This document shows positions 8,712 to 19,226 of a stretch of DNA of 64,000 bases, in pieces. How positions within the stretch are numbered: position 1 is the stretch's first letter; every line of letters begins with the position of its first letter. A program made the translations under genes and the position numbers. The DNA comes from a virus (lineage: Duplodnaviria > Caudoviricetes). The DNA lies in the IMG/VR virus record IMGVR_UViG_3300013426_000029, positions 1 to 64,000 of that record; one strand, 5' to 3'. Below the pieces are notes generated by a model. It searched no databases and had not been told where the DNA came from. It saw only the letters and a program-made list of their open reading frames with translations.

Positions 8712-8783
8712 TGCCTTATCGTATAATGGTTATTACACGAAATTTTGGATTTTGTAATCTAAGTTCGATTCTTAGTAAGGCAA
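8712..8783 (+). tRNA. tRNA-Gln(UUG)
   Basis: Acceptor TGCCTTA/TAAGGCA, anticodon arm CGAAA-TTTTGGA-TTTTG, T arm CTAAG-TTCGATT-CTTAG. Confidence 0.85.
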
Positions 8784-8799
8784 CAATTTTATTAACTTT

Positions 8800-8832
8800 A
8801 TCCCTGATTAGGTCGCTCTAGTCAGGGATTTT
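8800..8832 (+). terminator. Hairpin/terminator after tRNA-Gln
   Basis: ATCCCTGATTAG/CTAGTCAGGGAT followed by TTT. Confidence 0.6.
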
Positions 8833-8847
8833 AATTTATATACTATT

Positions 8848-9243
8848 ATGAAAATAAGAATTAATTTAATGAAGTTTAAGCACAGTGATAAAACCACTGT
8901 ATGTGTAATTAAATCAGAGTATTGTATAGATTGGAATGAAGCAAACACTCGTGGTAATATTAATGTAGCAAAACAATTAAATGTAACACAACGTAGTCTA
9001 AATGGCCTTGAAGTTGTTGTTACTGCTAGAACTACTTGTAAGTCTCCTGATAAATTTGATAAAGTATTAGGAGAACGCATTGCAGAAAGTAAAGCTAAAA
9101 TTAAATTAGGTAAAAAATTGAAAAAGATTAACGATATATTTAAAGAAAGTTTAGAAACTTCTATAGATATACTTACAGAAAATGATTCTAAATTTAATAG
9201 ATTTATTTCTATAGAAAAAAAGCATTTAAATGATCTCAAATAA
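8848..9243 (+). CDS. Hypothetical protein with CxxxDxFxxxxGxxxAxxxA motif
   Basis: TTCKSPDKFDKVLGERIAESKAK. Confidence 0.7.
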   Translation: MKIRINLMKFKHSDKTTVCVIKSEYCIDWNEANTRGNINVAKQLNVTQRSLNGLEVVVTARTTCKSPDKFDKVLGERIAESKAKIKLGKKLKKINDIFKESLETSIDILTENDSKFNRFISIEKKHLNDLK

Positions 9244-10128
9244 TGATTTACAAAAGCTTAAAGAATGGGCATCAGATAAAGAATTTACGTTACCTAATGG
9301 CCAAATATTATTAGCATCTGATTTTATAAATAAAAAGATATTTGATCATCATAATTGGTTTACTTCTTGGTTAATAGATAGATTACAGCTTTCTAAATTA
9401 CTTAACCCAAATTTTCTTATAATATATCCAGATATATTGATTGATTTTGGATTTAGATTTTCATCATCTTTTAATGGATTTAGATATAATTTCAAAAATG
9501 GATATGTAATAGCTAGACTTTTACCTAAAAATGAATGGATGTTTCAAATATTTGATTCTGAACACAATACTTTAGGTACTATCTATTTGCAGAAAATAAA
9601 TGTATTCAATAAGTTTTTTAAGTTTTTAAAAGAATGGCTAAGATAAATAATAATGAGATTGAAGAGTATATAGATGAAGAATTTACTCGCTCATATACTC
9701 CTGGAGCTTATAATTATTTTGAGAAGTACTGTGATGCTTGCGATAATTTTAAAACTCGTAACTGTCCTTTTAAAAGAATAGTTACGGAAAATACTCGTTG
9801 GCAAGATTTAAAGTGTAATAATTTTAATGATTAAATAATTATGTGGGCAGAAGATCAAGATTGGTATGGATTGGAAGAACTTATTAATGATGATTTATTT
9901 CATTATGAAGGACTTAAAACAATTCAAAAAGTAGTTAAAACAAATACTTGGGTAGTTCAAGAAACTATTGTTTGGGAAACTAAAAGTGGTGAATTATTTA
10001 GTATTACTGATATGGAAACAAGTCATATCAAGAATTGTATTAAACTTATTAAAGATAATAATTGGAGAAGAGTTTATCTTCCAATATTTATTCAAGAATT
10101 AAAAGATAGAGGAGAATGGAACAGTTAA
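9230..10128 (+). other. Three coupled hypothetical CDS (9230-9646, 9634-9834 with CxxC, 9841-10128)
   Basis: Overlapping start/stop codons, standard code. Confidence 0.7.
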
Positions 10129-10295
10129 TTGTATTTGATAGCGCAGAAGGAACTCTCACTATTTATAATGTAAAGAATTATCCTATTTTAGATGAACCAA
10201 ATATAGATATGGATGAAATCCTAACTCAATTTGGTTTTGATCCAACATATTGTACTACAATGTGGAGTAGAGATACTAATATTGAAATAAGATGA
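10116..10295 (+). CDS. 59-aa protein, paralog family with 30139-30342 and 42002-42181
   Basis: MEQLIVFDSAEGTLTIY...DEILTQFGFD; not in the ORF track. Confidence 0.7.
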   Translation: MEQLIVFDSAEGTLTIYNVKNYPILDEPNIDMDEILTQFGFDPTYCTTMWSRDTNIEIR

Positions 10296-10834
10296 TAGGT
10301 ACACATAATTCAATGACGTATCTTAAACCTAGAACTTGGTGGATGCGTTTAGTTAATAGATGGGCAAAATGTCAAGATAAAACATTAGAAGAACAATTAA
10401 AATCTTATAAGTGTTTCGATTTTCGAGTATTTTATTACAGAGGAAGTTGGTGTTTTGCACATGGCTTTTGTGAATATACTAGTACGACTATTTATCAAGC
10501 TTTAAATAAAATTGAAGAGCTTAAAGGTAATCATACTATATATGTAAGACTTATCTTGGAGAAATCTAATGATATGTCAAGTGCTTTTGTTAATCTTTGT
10601 AAGAAGTTAGAAACTCAATATTCTAATATTAATTTCTTTGGTGGCAATAGAAAGTCAGATTGGAAGAAATTATATACATTTAGTACTGGTATATCTGATA
10701 ATAAAGTTCATCAATATGTATCTTCTATGCAACCTTGTAGTAAATTAATTACTCCAAGAGAGTATGCTAAAAAACATAATGAAGAAAATTTAAAAAAGTT
10801 ATCAAAAGATATTGATTTATTCGATTTTATATAA
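10292..10834 (+). CDS. PI-PLC X-box-like phosphodiesterase
   Basis: IGTHNS, KCQ...EQL...FDFRV and FAHG motifs of the PI-PLC catalytic domain. Confidence 0.8.
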   Translation: MIGTHNSMTYLKPRTWWMRLVNRWAKCQDKTLEEQLKSYKCFDFRVFYYRGSWCFAHGFCEYTSTTIYQALNKIEELKGNHTIYVRLILEKSNDMSSAFVNLCKKLETQYSNINFFGGNRKSDWKKLYTFSTGISDNKVHQYVSSMQPCSKLITPREYAKKHNEENLKKLSKDIDLFDFI

Positions 10835-11476
10835 TGGAAAGAGATATTTTAATATGTTCTTGTGGAAGTCCTGAACATCAAGTAATTGTTAGTTATTTAA
10901 ATAATCAAGTGTATTTAACAATACATTTGGTTAGACTTCCGTTTTTTCAAAGATTATGGAAAGGTATTGCATATATCTTTGGATATCGTTCTAAGTATGG
11001 AGCATTCGATGAATTTATCTTAGATAAAAATGATTCAGATAAACTTCTAAAAATTAAAAAATATTTAGATGAAGTTTGATATTGATCCAGTTCTTACCTT
11101 AGACTTAAAAGATGATATATTTATGAATTATGATAAACATCTTTATGAGTTCTTAGGTAAGAACGTTTTAAATGCTTTCTATTTTGGATTAATTATAAAG
11201 AAAATATTTGATAAATTAGAACCAGAACAACAATATCTATATTCTAAAGAATTAAGACATTTAGTAAGGGATATTGAACGATATAATCCTCAAATTCAAT
11301 ACTGGACTAAAAAATACGCTAATAAAGATTTATTTAAAACTATAGAAGATATTTATAATAATATTATATGGTTTCCAGATACTGAAGATATAGATAAAGT
11401 AAAAGTTGCTTTATTTTTAGCAATTACAATTGAATCGGCAATAGATGAAGACAAAATCTTACCAAGTTTACACTGA
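10834..11476 (+). other. Two hypothetical CDS (10834-11079, 11069-11476)
   Basis: Coupled ORFs; the first has CSCGSPEH. Confidence 0.7.
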
Positions 11477-11864
11477 TGGGGCTTATTCTTCTTTAAGAGA
11501 TCAAGGTGGGGTAGGATTAGTAGTACTTAAAGATAATGAAAAAATATTATCATTTTCTCATAATTATAAACATACTACTAATAATCAAATGGAGTTATTA
11601 GCAATCATAATTGCATTAGCTACTATTAAAAAACCAATTGATGAACTTATAATCTATTCTGATAGTATGTATTGTGTTGGTTGTATTACTAAAAATTGGA
11701 AGCGTAAAAAGAATCCAAAATTATGGAAAGAGTTTGATAAACAATATTTAAGAGTATCTTCATTGTGCCCTAATATTATATTTCAACATATAAAAGGACA
11801 CAATGGAGATACTTGGAATAATTATGTAGATAAATTAGCAAATAAAGCAAGTCAATTATTATGA
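11445..11864 (+). CDS. rnhA: Ribonuclease HI
   Basis: YTDGA, TTNNQMEL, IYSDSMY, HIKGH...NNYVDKLA. Confidence 0.95.
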   Translation: MKTKSYQVYTDGAYSSLRDQGGVGLVVLKDNEKILSFSHNYKHTTNNQMELLAIIIALATIKKPIDELIIYSDSMYCVGCITKNWKRKKNPKLWKEFDKQYLRVSSLCPNIIFQHIKGHNGDTWNNYVDKLANKASQLL

Positions 11865-13626
11865 ATATAGATAATACAATTCGTGATATATTGGAGAAAT
11901 ATGATTTTAATAAGATAATGAAGCTTATTAATATTGAATTTCCTAATATAAAAGTATACGAAATAATGATGTATACTTTATTACTTTTAGAACAATCTAA
12001 AGATATTAATTGTGATATTGAATCATGGTTTAATGATAAGATTGTAATACAAGTAAATTATAGTGATAAATACATATTAATACACGTAATAATATGAAAT
12101 TAAATAATAGAGAAATATCTGCAATTGCAGATAAAGTTCATAATGAGCTAAGTAATGAATATACTATAGAATTACAAAGAGTAATTCACGAATATATTCC
12201 AAGTGCTAAATATATTAATACTCAAAAATTAATTGAAAAAGCTTTAAATATTTCTAAAGAATATAATCAACTATTACAAAGATGGGGTGAAATTAGAAGA
12301 GAACTTAATTTAGGATGCTATTATGATTTAGATAATATAGAAAGAGATAGTGATAAAATTCTTGAGAATATTATATTAAAAGAGCGTCCTATTAAAAACG
12401 TTCCTAATAAAGATAATATTGTAAATGATATTATTATTGCTAATATTGATCCTGAATTTAATGTAGATAATTTTATTAAAGAAGCTATAGAAAAATGGAA
12501 GATAAGTTTATAAACAAAGTAAAGAATGTGATTAGTAGAAAACCATTAAATGCAGAAACAGCATATACATTATCTGTTTATGGACAACGTATGTCTAAAG
12601 ATAATGTATATCAAAAAAGTATTTCTGATATTGAAAGTCGTATTGAATTAAGAAGTCAAAATAAAGGTACTTCTATACTTTACGAATTTGATAATAACTT
12701 TCCTACTATGGGAGAAGATATTATGAAATACTTTAAAGATTTAGGTTATATTGTATTAATGATAGATTCTTCGATTTTTAAAGAAATTAAAAATCCTAAA
12801 TTATTAATTAGTTGGGAGCGATGATAATAGAGGAAAAAGATTTTATACTTACTTGTAATCAAGGTTATTGTTGGGATTTAGAATTATTACAAACTATAAA
12901 GCCTAAAGGTAAACCGGAACGACAAGAATTTCAAATTGAAGGGTATTCTATGCCTTTAGAAAGATGCTTACAACATATCGTAAATTATCGCCTAAACAAA
13001 AAACAAGATACATATTCTTTAAAAGAATATTTACAATATTATAAAGAAGAAGTAAATAATATTAAAAAATTAATTAAAAATGAAGACTGATGTAAATAAT
13101 TCTAAATTGATGATTGAGCTTGGAATTCATCCTAAAGATTTGGAACCTCGTGATGAATCTGTCTGGACAAAAACAGACAAAGAAAGAAAAAAGTTAAAGA
13201 AGCTAAGAACTAAAGAAAAAATTCATTTTAATTCTAAACCTAAATCTTATATTCCATTAACTGCTAAATTAGTTGTTTATCTTAAAAAGAATAAAATATT
13301 TCCTAATACAACTTATTCTTTTATTTGTGGTCCACACGATGTCATAGAAATTATGGATCAATTTAAACAAATCATTAAAGGTAAATTAGTTAATTTAGTA
13401 AGTAAATATAAGTATAATAATATAGAATATGAATCAGACCAAAAACCTGTATGAATATAAAATAAATGTATATAAATACTGGGAAAATGGTTTTGGTTTA
13501 GTTAATAGTATAGAATTATATTCTACTAAACCTTTAAAAATTAAAAATAAATCGATTTTAAGAAAATATTCTGATTATATAATAGAAAAGGAAATTTATG
13601 AGAACTCACATTCAGCACTTACATGA
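11861..13626 (+). other. Run of six coupled hypothetical CDS (11861-12097, 12094-12513, 12495-12824, ~12821-13090, 13080-13454, 13429-13626)
   Basis: Tightly overlapping standard-code ORFs; no recognisable family. Confidence 0.7.
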
Positions 13627-14191
13627 TTCTTTTGTAGATTACAAAGGTAAAACACATTATTTAACTTTAGTAGCAATTAGTAAAGAACTTCCTACTAAGA
13701 ATTGTGAATTAAAGAATCCTGTTGAAGAATATAATCCAGATGATACAGTTACTTATGATGTTTGTGAATATTTAGATAACTTTGGATGCAATACTTATAT
13801 TGGGAAAGTTACTAAAGGATTAAAAATAGGCATTTCTGTTTGTAATCCATTAGATAAATTTGATCCAGAAATAGGACTTAAAAGAGCTACTGCTAAAGCA
13901 AAACAAAGTAACTATGTATTATTTGTAACAGATAAAGGTCTTATTAATACTGCACTGGTTACTGCTTTACTTCATCAAGAAGCTGAATTTATTAAGAATA
14001 ATCCTAATAAGATTATTAAAGGATATAATGAAGCTATGAAGAAATATCAAAAGCAACAAGAAGAAATTAGTAAGATGAAAACTTTTAAAAAGAATTTATC
14101 TGAAAATGAAAGAATTGCAGTTAAAGTAGCTAAAGAAAATCCGGGATTTCTTCATAAATTAATGTCTTATGTTGAATGGCTAAAGAAATAA
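13598..14191 (+). CDS. Hypothetical protein with CxxxDxFxxxxG motif
   Basis: SVCNPLDKFDPEIGLKRATAKAK. Confidence 0.7.
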   Translation: MRTHIQHLHDSFVDYKGKTHYLTLVAISKELPTKNCELKNPVEEYNPDDTVTYDVCEYLDNFGCNTYIGKVTKGLKIGISVCNPLDKFDPEIGLKRATAKAKQSNYVLFVTDKGLINTALVTALLHQEAEFIKNNPNKIIKGYNEAMKKYQKQQEEISKMKTFKKNLSENERIAVKVAKENPGFLHKLMSYVEWLKK

Positions 14192-14520
14192 AACTTTTAA
14201 ATATTGGAATAATTACAGTAATTGTATTGCTTGTTATTAATTTAGTAATACTTTATAAACAACCTACTAATGACTATAATAAGATAGATTCCTTATCTAC
14301 TAAAATAGATTCATTATCTTTAGTTAGAGATTCTATAGTTAGACAAGTAGATACAATTACTGTTAAACTAAAAGAGAATGATAAGAACTACTATAAAACG
14401 TTCTATATTATCGCTAATAATACTGTTACCGATGACTATGTTTTCTTCAGAAAATATCTTGCAGACAACAAAGCAAGACTCGACAGTATCAGTGACAGCA
14501 TTAGAGTTAAAGGAAACTAA
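14176..14520 (+). CDS. N-terminal TM coiled-coil protein (i-spanin-like)
   Basis: Single N-terminal TM helix then coiled coil with DSL/DSI motifs; overlaps the next gene by 143 nt. Confidence 0.55.
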   Translation: MAKEIKLLNIGIITVIVLLVINLVILYKQPTNDYNKIDSLSTKIDSLSLVRDSIVRQVDTITVKLKENDKNYYKTFYIIANNTVTDDYVFFRKYLADNKARLDSISDSIRVKGN

Positions 14521-14794
14521 TCTTATATTTATTGAGCATAATAAGTTTAGAATAGAAAATGATTTGTTAAATAAACAATGTGTTAATTATCAGAATATAA
14601 TTAATAATCAACAGCAAACAGATTCTATTAAAACTATTCAACTTAATTCTTATAAAAATAAAGTTAATTCTTTAACATTAGATAATAATAATCTTAACAA
14701 AAAAATAAATCATTCAAATAAGATTTTAACAATCTGGAAAGTTGGAGGATTTACTATTTTTGCAACATTATTAACTTTATTATTATTAAAATGA
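14378..14794 (+). CDS. Signal peptide + coiled coil + C-terminal hydrophobic anchor (spanin partner-like)
   Basis: Frame overlaps 14176-14520; ends WKVGGFTIFATLLTLLLLK. Confidence 0.5.
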   Translation: MIRTTIKRSILSLIILLPMTMFSSENILQTTKQDSTVSVTALELKETNLIFIEHNKFRIENDLLNKQCVNYQNIINNQQQTDSIKTIQLNSYKNKVNSLTLDNNNLNKKINHSNKILTIWKVGGFTIFATLLTLLLLK

Positions 14795-14952
14795 AGATAA
14801 TAGGAATTCAAAAAGATAGATTTGGAGTTAAATTAAAATATCCAAATAGAAGTTGTAAAGATTGTATAAAACGTCCATGCTTTAAAGGATTTAATTTATG
14901 TGTATCAGATTTTGCTAAATATGGATGTATTTATTATAAAGACCACAAGTAA
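14791..14952 (+). CDS. 53-aa Cys-rich protein
   Basis: SCKDCIKRPCFKG...CVSDFAKYGC; not in the ORF track. Confidence 0.65.
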   Translation: MKIIGIQKDRFGVKLKYPNRSCKDCIKRPCFKGFNLCVSDFAKYGCIYYKDHK

Positions 14953-15025
14953 TTACATTACTTGAAAAAGTATTAAATAATTACTGTTTAAAGATAAAAC
15001 TATATTTATTCTTTAAACAATTTAA

Positions 15026-15325
15026 ATGGTAGTATTAGTTGAATTACTAGAATCAGAAGATGATTGTGGTTATATTACATATGTATTTAAAGTATTAGAA
15101 AGCTATTATACTAAATATATTATGTGTACTAGATTCCCTAATTGGGAACATAGGCAATTAAAGAAAGGCGAGATTGGATATTTAAGTTATGTAGAAATAA
15201 GAGCAGGACTTGATAAATGGTATGATAAAGGGAATAATAATTTTGTTCCTTATAAGTATAATAACATACAATTTATTAAGTTTGTACAGAAAAAAGAAAA
15301 ATCAAAAAACGAATTTACAGTATGA
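15026..15325 (+). CDS. Hypothetical protein (beta-rich)
   Basis: ORF coupled to the next gene. Confidence 0.7.
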   Translation: MVVLVELLESEDDCGYITYVFKVLESYYTKYIMCTRFPNWEHRQLKKGEIGYLSYVEIRAGLDKWYDKGNNNFVPYKYNNIQFIKFVQKKEKSKNEFTV

Positions 15326-16173
15326 CTCAAATTAAAGAAAAATTAACAAAAGCTATTGAAGAAAAGAATAACGATATAAAATCTTTTGTATGGAAATTTG
15401 CTAAGAATTCAGAAGGAATTCAAGAAGAAATTAAACTTATTGATGCTACTCCTGAACAATTACAACAATTTTATAATCATTGCAAGTCAATGCTGTTTAG
15501 TAAAGATAAATTAAATCCAGGTAGATATGTATTACTTGATATTATTATTGAACAAAGAAATAAATGTAATGTAGAATTATTTCTTCGCAAACTTGAATCT
15601 GGTTCTATTTGTGCAGATGGTAAGCCTTATCCAAGACATCTTTATCTTCAAGATATAAGAAGTTATATGAATGCACATAAAGAAGATTTTCCATCTGATA
15701 AATTAGATAGTATTTCTATTGCTTCATGCACAGGAGGTCTTCCAAGAGAATTTGAACGCATATCAATCGAAGATGCACTAAATGCTTGCTTGGATCAATT
15801 AGGAGTCTTCAATAATAAGCACATTACTTTTAATTTTATCAAGAAGTTGGGAGTGTTTCTTACTCCTGATGAAATGAAAGAATTTAACAAAGAAGGTAAG
15901 AATAAACTTGAGCAGATTAAAGAGCGACTTGGAATTAAACAATCTATTAGACTTACTGTAAAGCCTTCTGGATTAAATTTCTCAGAACTTAGGGCGATGT
16001 TTAATCTTAAAGTTAAAAAGTATTCTGAACTTACTACGGATCAACTTATAACTTTAAGAAATAAAGTATTGTTTAAGCTTGAGAATGAAGTACAAGAACA
16101 TATTAAGCAATGGGAAGAGAAGATTAGACAGATTAAATTAGTAGCTAAAGAAAGAGATATAACTCTTGAATAA
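15322..16173 (+). CDS. Hypothetical replication-module protein
   Basis: 283-aa ORF directly upstream of the helicase. Confidence 0.8.
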   Translation: MTQIKEKLTKAIEEKNNDIKSFVWKFAKNSEGIQEEIKLIDATPEQLQQFYNHCKSMLFSKDKLNPGRYVLLDIIIEQRNKCNVELFLRKLESGSICADGKPYPRHLYLQDIRSYMNAHKEDFPSDKLDSISIASCTGGLPREFERISIEDALNACLDQLGVFNNKHITFNFIKKLGVFLTPDEMKEFNKEGKNKLEQIKERLGIKQSIRLTVKPSGLNFSELRAMFNLKVKKYSELTTDQLITLRNKVLFKLENEVQEHIKQWEEKIRQIKLVAKERDITLE

Positions 16174-17428
16174 TTCTAGAGATATTCGTCAAGCTATAGC
16201 TGTTAAAAAATGGTTTCAAAATAAATGTAAAGGAACATTAATACAACCTACTGGATGTGGTAAGACAAAAACTGCATTAAAAGCATTATCTAAAGTATTT
16301 AATAAATATCCTACTGTAAGAATATTAGTAGTAGTACCTACTGATAATCTAAAACAACAATGGAGAGTACAATTAGATGATCTTGGAATGCAATTTAATG
16401 CTGATGCACAAGTGATAAATTCAATAATTAAACATACTTGGGTTACAGATATTTTAGTATTGGATGAAATTCACCGTTATGCAGCATCAACTTTTAGGGA
16501 AGTATTTAATAAAGTCAAATATAAATATGTATTAGGACTTACCGCTACATTTAATAGACTTGATGGTAAACATGAATTAATAAAACAGTATTGTCCAATA
16601 ATTGATAAAATTACTTTACAAGAAGCAAAACTTAATCATTGGGTTTCTTCTTTTAAAGAATATCAAGTAATAATAGATGTAGATAATATTGAAGAATATA
16701 GAGAATATAACAAATCTTTTATTGCTTCCTTTGAATTCTTTAACTTTGATTGGAATTTAGCAATGTCAATGGTAGGTAAAGTAGGGTACAAATCTAGACT
16801 TACTTATCGCGATATATTATGCAAAAATGGAACTTTAGAACAAAAGAAGGAAACTTTAAAAAATATAACTTATCATGCAATGAATTTTATGAGAATGATT
16901 CAAAAGCGTAAAGCTTTTATTAATAATCATCCTAAAAAAATAGAAATTGCACGTAAGATTATAGAAGCTCGTTCTAATTCCAAGATTATTACTTTTTCTA
17001 ATAACATTAAAATGGCCGAAGCTATTGGTATGGGAGGTCAAGTTTATACGGGAAAAGATAGTAAAAAGAAAGCTAGAGCTAATTTAGAAGAATTCAATCA
17101 AGCTAAAACTGGGATAATACATTCAGTAGCTAAGCTTGATGAAGGAGCAGATATAAAAGGTTTAAGTGTTGCCATAATATTAGGTTTAAATTCATCTGAA
17201 ATTAAATCTACTCAAAGGAGGGGTAGATGTATCCGTTTTGAAGAAGGCAAAACTGCTGAAATCTTTAATATTATTATTAACGATACTGTAGAAAGTAAGT
17301 GGTTTGCTTCATCTCATAAGAATTCTACTTATATTACAGTAGATGAACAAGGTCTAGACGATATCCTTAATGGAAGAGAGCCTAAGCCATATGTTAAACC
17401 AATTAAAGATTATCAATTTAGATTTTAA
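16166..17428 (+). CDS. Superfamily 2 DExH helicase
   Basis: PTGCGKT, LDEIH, GLTAT, LDEGAD, QRRGR motifs. Confidence 0.93.
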   Translation: MNNSRDIRQAIAVKKWFQNKCKGTLIQPTGCGKTKTALKALSKVFNKYPTVRILVVVPTDNLKQQWRVQLDDLGMQFNADAQVINSIIKHTWVTDILVLDEIHRYAASTFREVFNKVKYKYVLGLTATFNRLDGKHELIKQYCPIIDKITLQEAKLNHWVSSFKEYQVIIDVDNIEEYREYNKSFIASFEFFNFDWNLAMSMVGKVGYKSRLTYRDILCKNGTLEQKKETLKNITYHAMNFMRMIQKRKAFINNHPKKIEIARKIIEARSNSKIITFSNNIKMAEAIGMGGQVYTGKDSKKKARANLEEFNQAKTGIIHSVAKLDEGADIKGLSVAIILGLNSSEIKSTQRRGRCIRFEEGKTAEIFNIIINDTVESKWFASSHKNSTYITVDEQGLDDILNGREPKPYVKPIKDYQFRF

Positions 17429-17511
17429 GATGTAATTCGTACATAATAAATACAATCTTAATAGATTATACATTATTATGGTTTAAAATAATTATTAATA
17501 ATATTTTAAAC

Positions 17512-18132
17512 TTGAAATTAAGTACGACTAAATTAGAAAGAGAGATAGCTTTTATGGAAAGATATGACTTAGATGCTAATGCATTACTTTTTATAAAGGC
17601 TTTATTAATATTACAAGATGAAAAAGATGAACAAATATTTATAGATATTCTTGAATTATTTCACCAATTAGATAAATCTATAGAAGATTTATTTAAATAT
17701 TTGAAAGATAAGGAAATAATACTTAAAAATTTTAAAGTACCTAAAACTGGAGAATCTTTTAATCCATATACTATCCCACTTAATAAAAACTTTTTAAAGA
17801 CTTATTATAAAGCTTCTTTTAAACTTGGTCAAGAATTATTTGAGGAATATCCTAAGTTCGCTATTATACAAGGTAATATGGTATCTTTAAGAGGAGTTGC
17901 AAAGAAGTTTGATTCTCTAGAAGATGCTTATAAAGTATATAGTAGAAAGATAGGTAATAACCCAGAAACTCATAATCATATAATAGAGTTAATTAAGTGG
18001 GCTAAAGAACATAACATTTTAAATTGTACATTAGCTACTTTTATAGTTGATGAAAAATGGAATGATTTAGATGCTATGAAGAATGGAGATAATGATTCTA
18101 TTATTAATTATGATGCAGTTAAACTTATATGA
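17512..18132 (+). CDS. Hypothetical protein (possible replication initiator/loader)
   Basis: Coupled to dnaB; function inferred from position only. Confidence 0.55.
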   Translation: MKLSTTKLEREIAFMERYDLDANALLFIKALLILQDEKDEQIFIDILELFHQLDKSIEDLFKYLKDKEIILKNFKVPKTGESFNPYTIPLNKNFLKTYYKASFKLGQELFEEYPKFAIIQGNMVSLRGVAKKFDSLEDAYKVYSRKIGNNPETHNHIIELIKWAKEHNILNCTLATFIVDEKWNDLDAMKNGDNDSIINYDAVKLI

Positions 18133-19226
18133 TTGCAGAATCCTTATTACATCAAATTGAATCTGGACGAGAAGGCAAACAATGGGGATATTCTATGGGC
18201 CTTCCTAAATTGGAAGGAATTATTGATGGAGTATCTCGTGGAGTATATACTTTAGTATTTAGTCCAACTGGAAGTGGAAAAAGTTCACTAGCATTATATT
18301 CTTATGTTTATTGTCCTCTAAGAGATCATTTAGACGACGGGAACTTTAAAGTAAGTTATTTTTCCTTAGAAATGTCTAGTGAGATGATTTATGCCAAATT
18401 ATTAAGTATGTATATATTTGAGAAATATGGTAAGGAATTGTCTCCTAAAGAATTATTATCTAGAAAAAAGAATTATACACTGTCTGATGAAAACTATCAA
18501 ATAGTTAAAGATTGTATGCCCTGGCTTGAAAAGGTTGAGAAAGTAGTACTCATACATGATAAATCTTTAAATGCAAATAGTTTATATACTATTTTAATGA
18601 AAGAATTAGAAAAGGATGGTCATTTTAAAGAACTAGAACACAGAAAAGTATACTATCCTAATAATGAGCAATTAACTCACTTAGTAGTTATTGATCATTT
18701 AAGTTTAGTAAGACGTTCTGAAGGTCGCTCTTTAAAAGAAGAAATGGATTTAATATCTTCATATTTAGTTACGTTACGTAATATATGTAAGATAAGCCCG
18801 TTAGTAATTATGCAAGCAAATCGTAATTCTACTTCAATGGACCGTAGACGAGAGGGATTAAACAATCTTAGAATAGATGATACAAAAGATACTGGAGCAC
18901 CAGCTCAAGATAGTGAAATAATTATATCAATTTTTAATCCATTTAGAGAAAAACTTAATACTTATCGTGGTTATGATATTAAAAGATTAGAAAGTAGATT
19001 CAGATCTATTACTGTATTAAAGAATAGATATGGTGAAGCAGATATAGAAGTAGGATGTGCTTTTTATGGTGCAGTATCTGTATTTGCGGAACTTCCTAAA
19101 CCAGATGAAATATATGATTACGGTAAGTATGAAACTTCTCAATGGATATTAGAAGATAATAAAGATGATATTAAAGAGAAAAAAGATACTAATAACAATA
19201 TTCAAAATACTAAATTTTTATTATAA
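18129..19226 (+). CDS. dnaB: DnaB-like replicative helicase
   Basis: SPTGSGKS, FSLEMS, VIDHL, MQANR, KNRYG. Confidence 0.92.
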   Translation: MIAESLLHQIESGREGKQWGYSMGLPKLEGIIDGVSRGVYTLVFSPTGSGKSSLALYSYVYCPLRDHLDDGNFKVSYFSLEMSSEMIYAKLLSMYIFEKYGKELSPKELLSRKKNYTLSDENYQIVKDCMPWLEKVEKVVLIHDKSLNANSLYTILMKELEKDGHFKELEHRKVYYPNNEQLTHLVVIDHLSLVRRSEGRSLKEEMDLISSYLVTLRNICKISPLVIMQANRNSTSMDRRREGLNNLRIDDTKDTGAPAQDSEIIISIFNPFREKLNTYRGYDIKRLESRFRSITVLKNRYGEADIEVGCAFYGAVSVFAELPKPDEIYDYGKYETSQWILEDNKDDIKEKKDTNNNIQNTKFLL

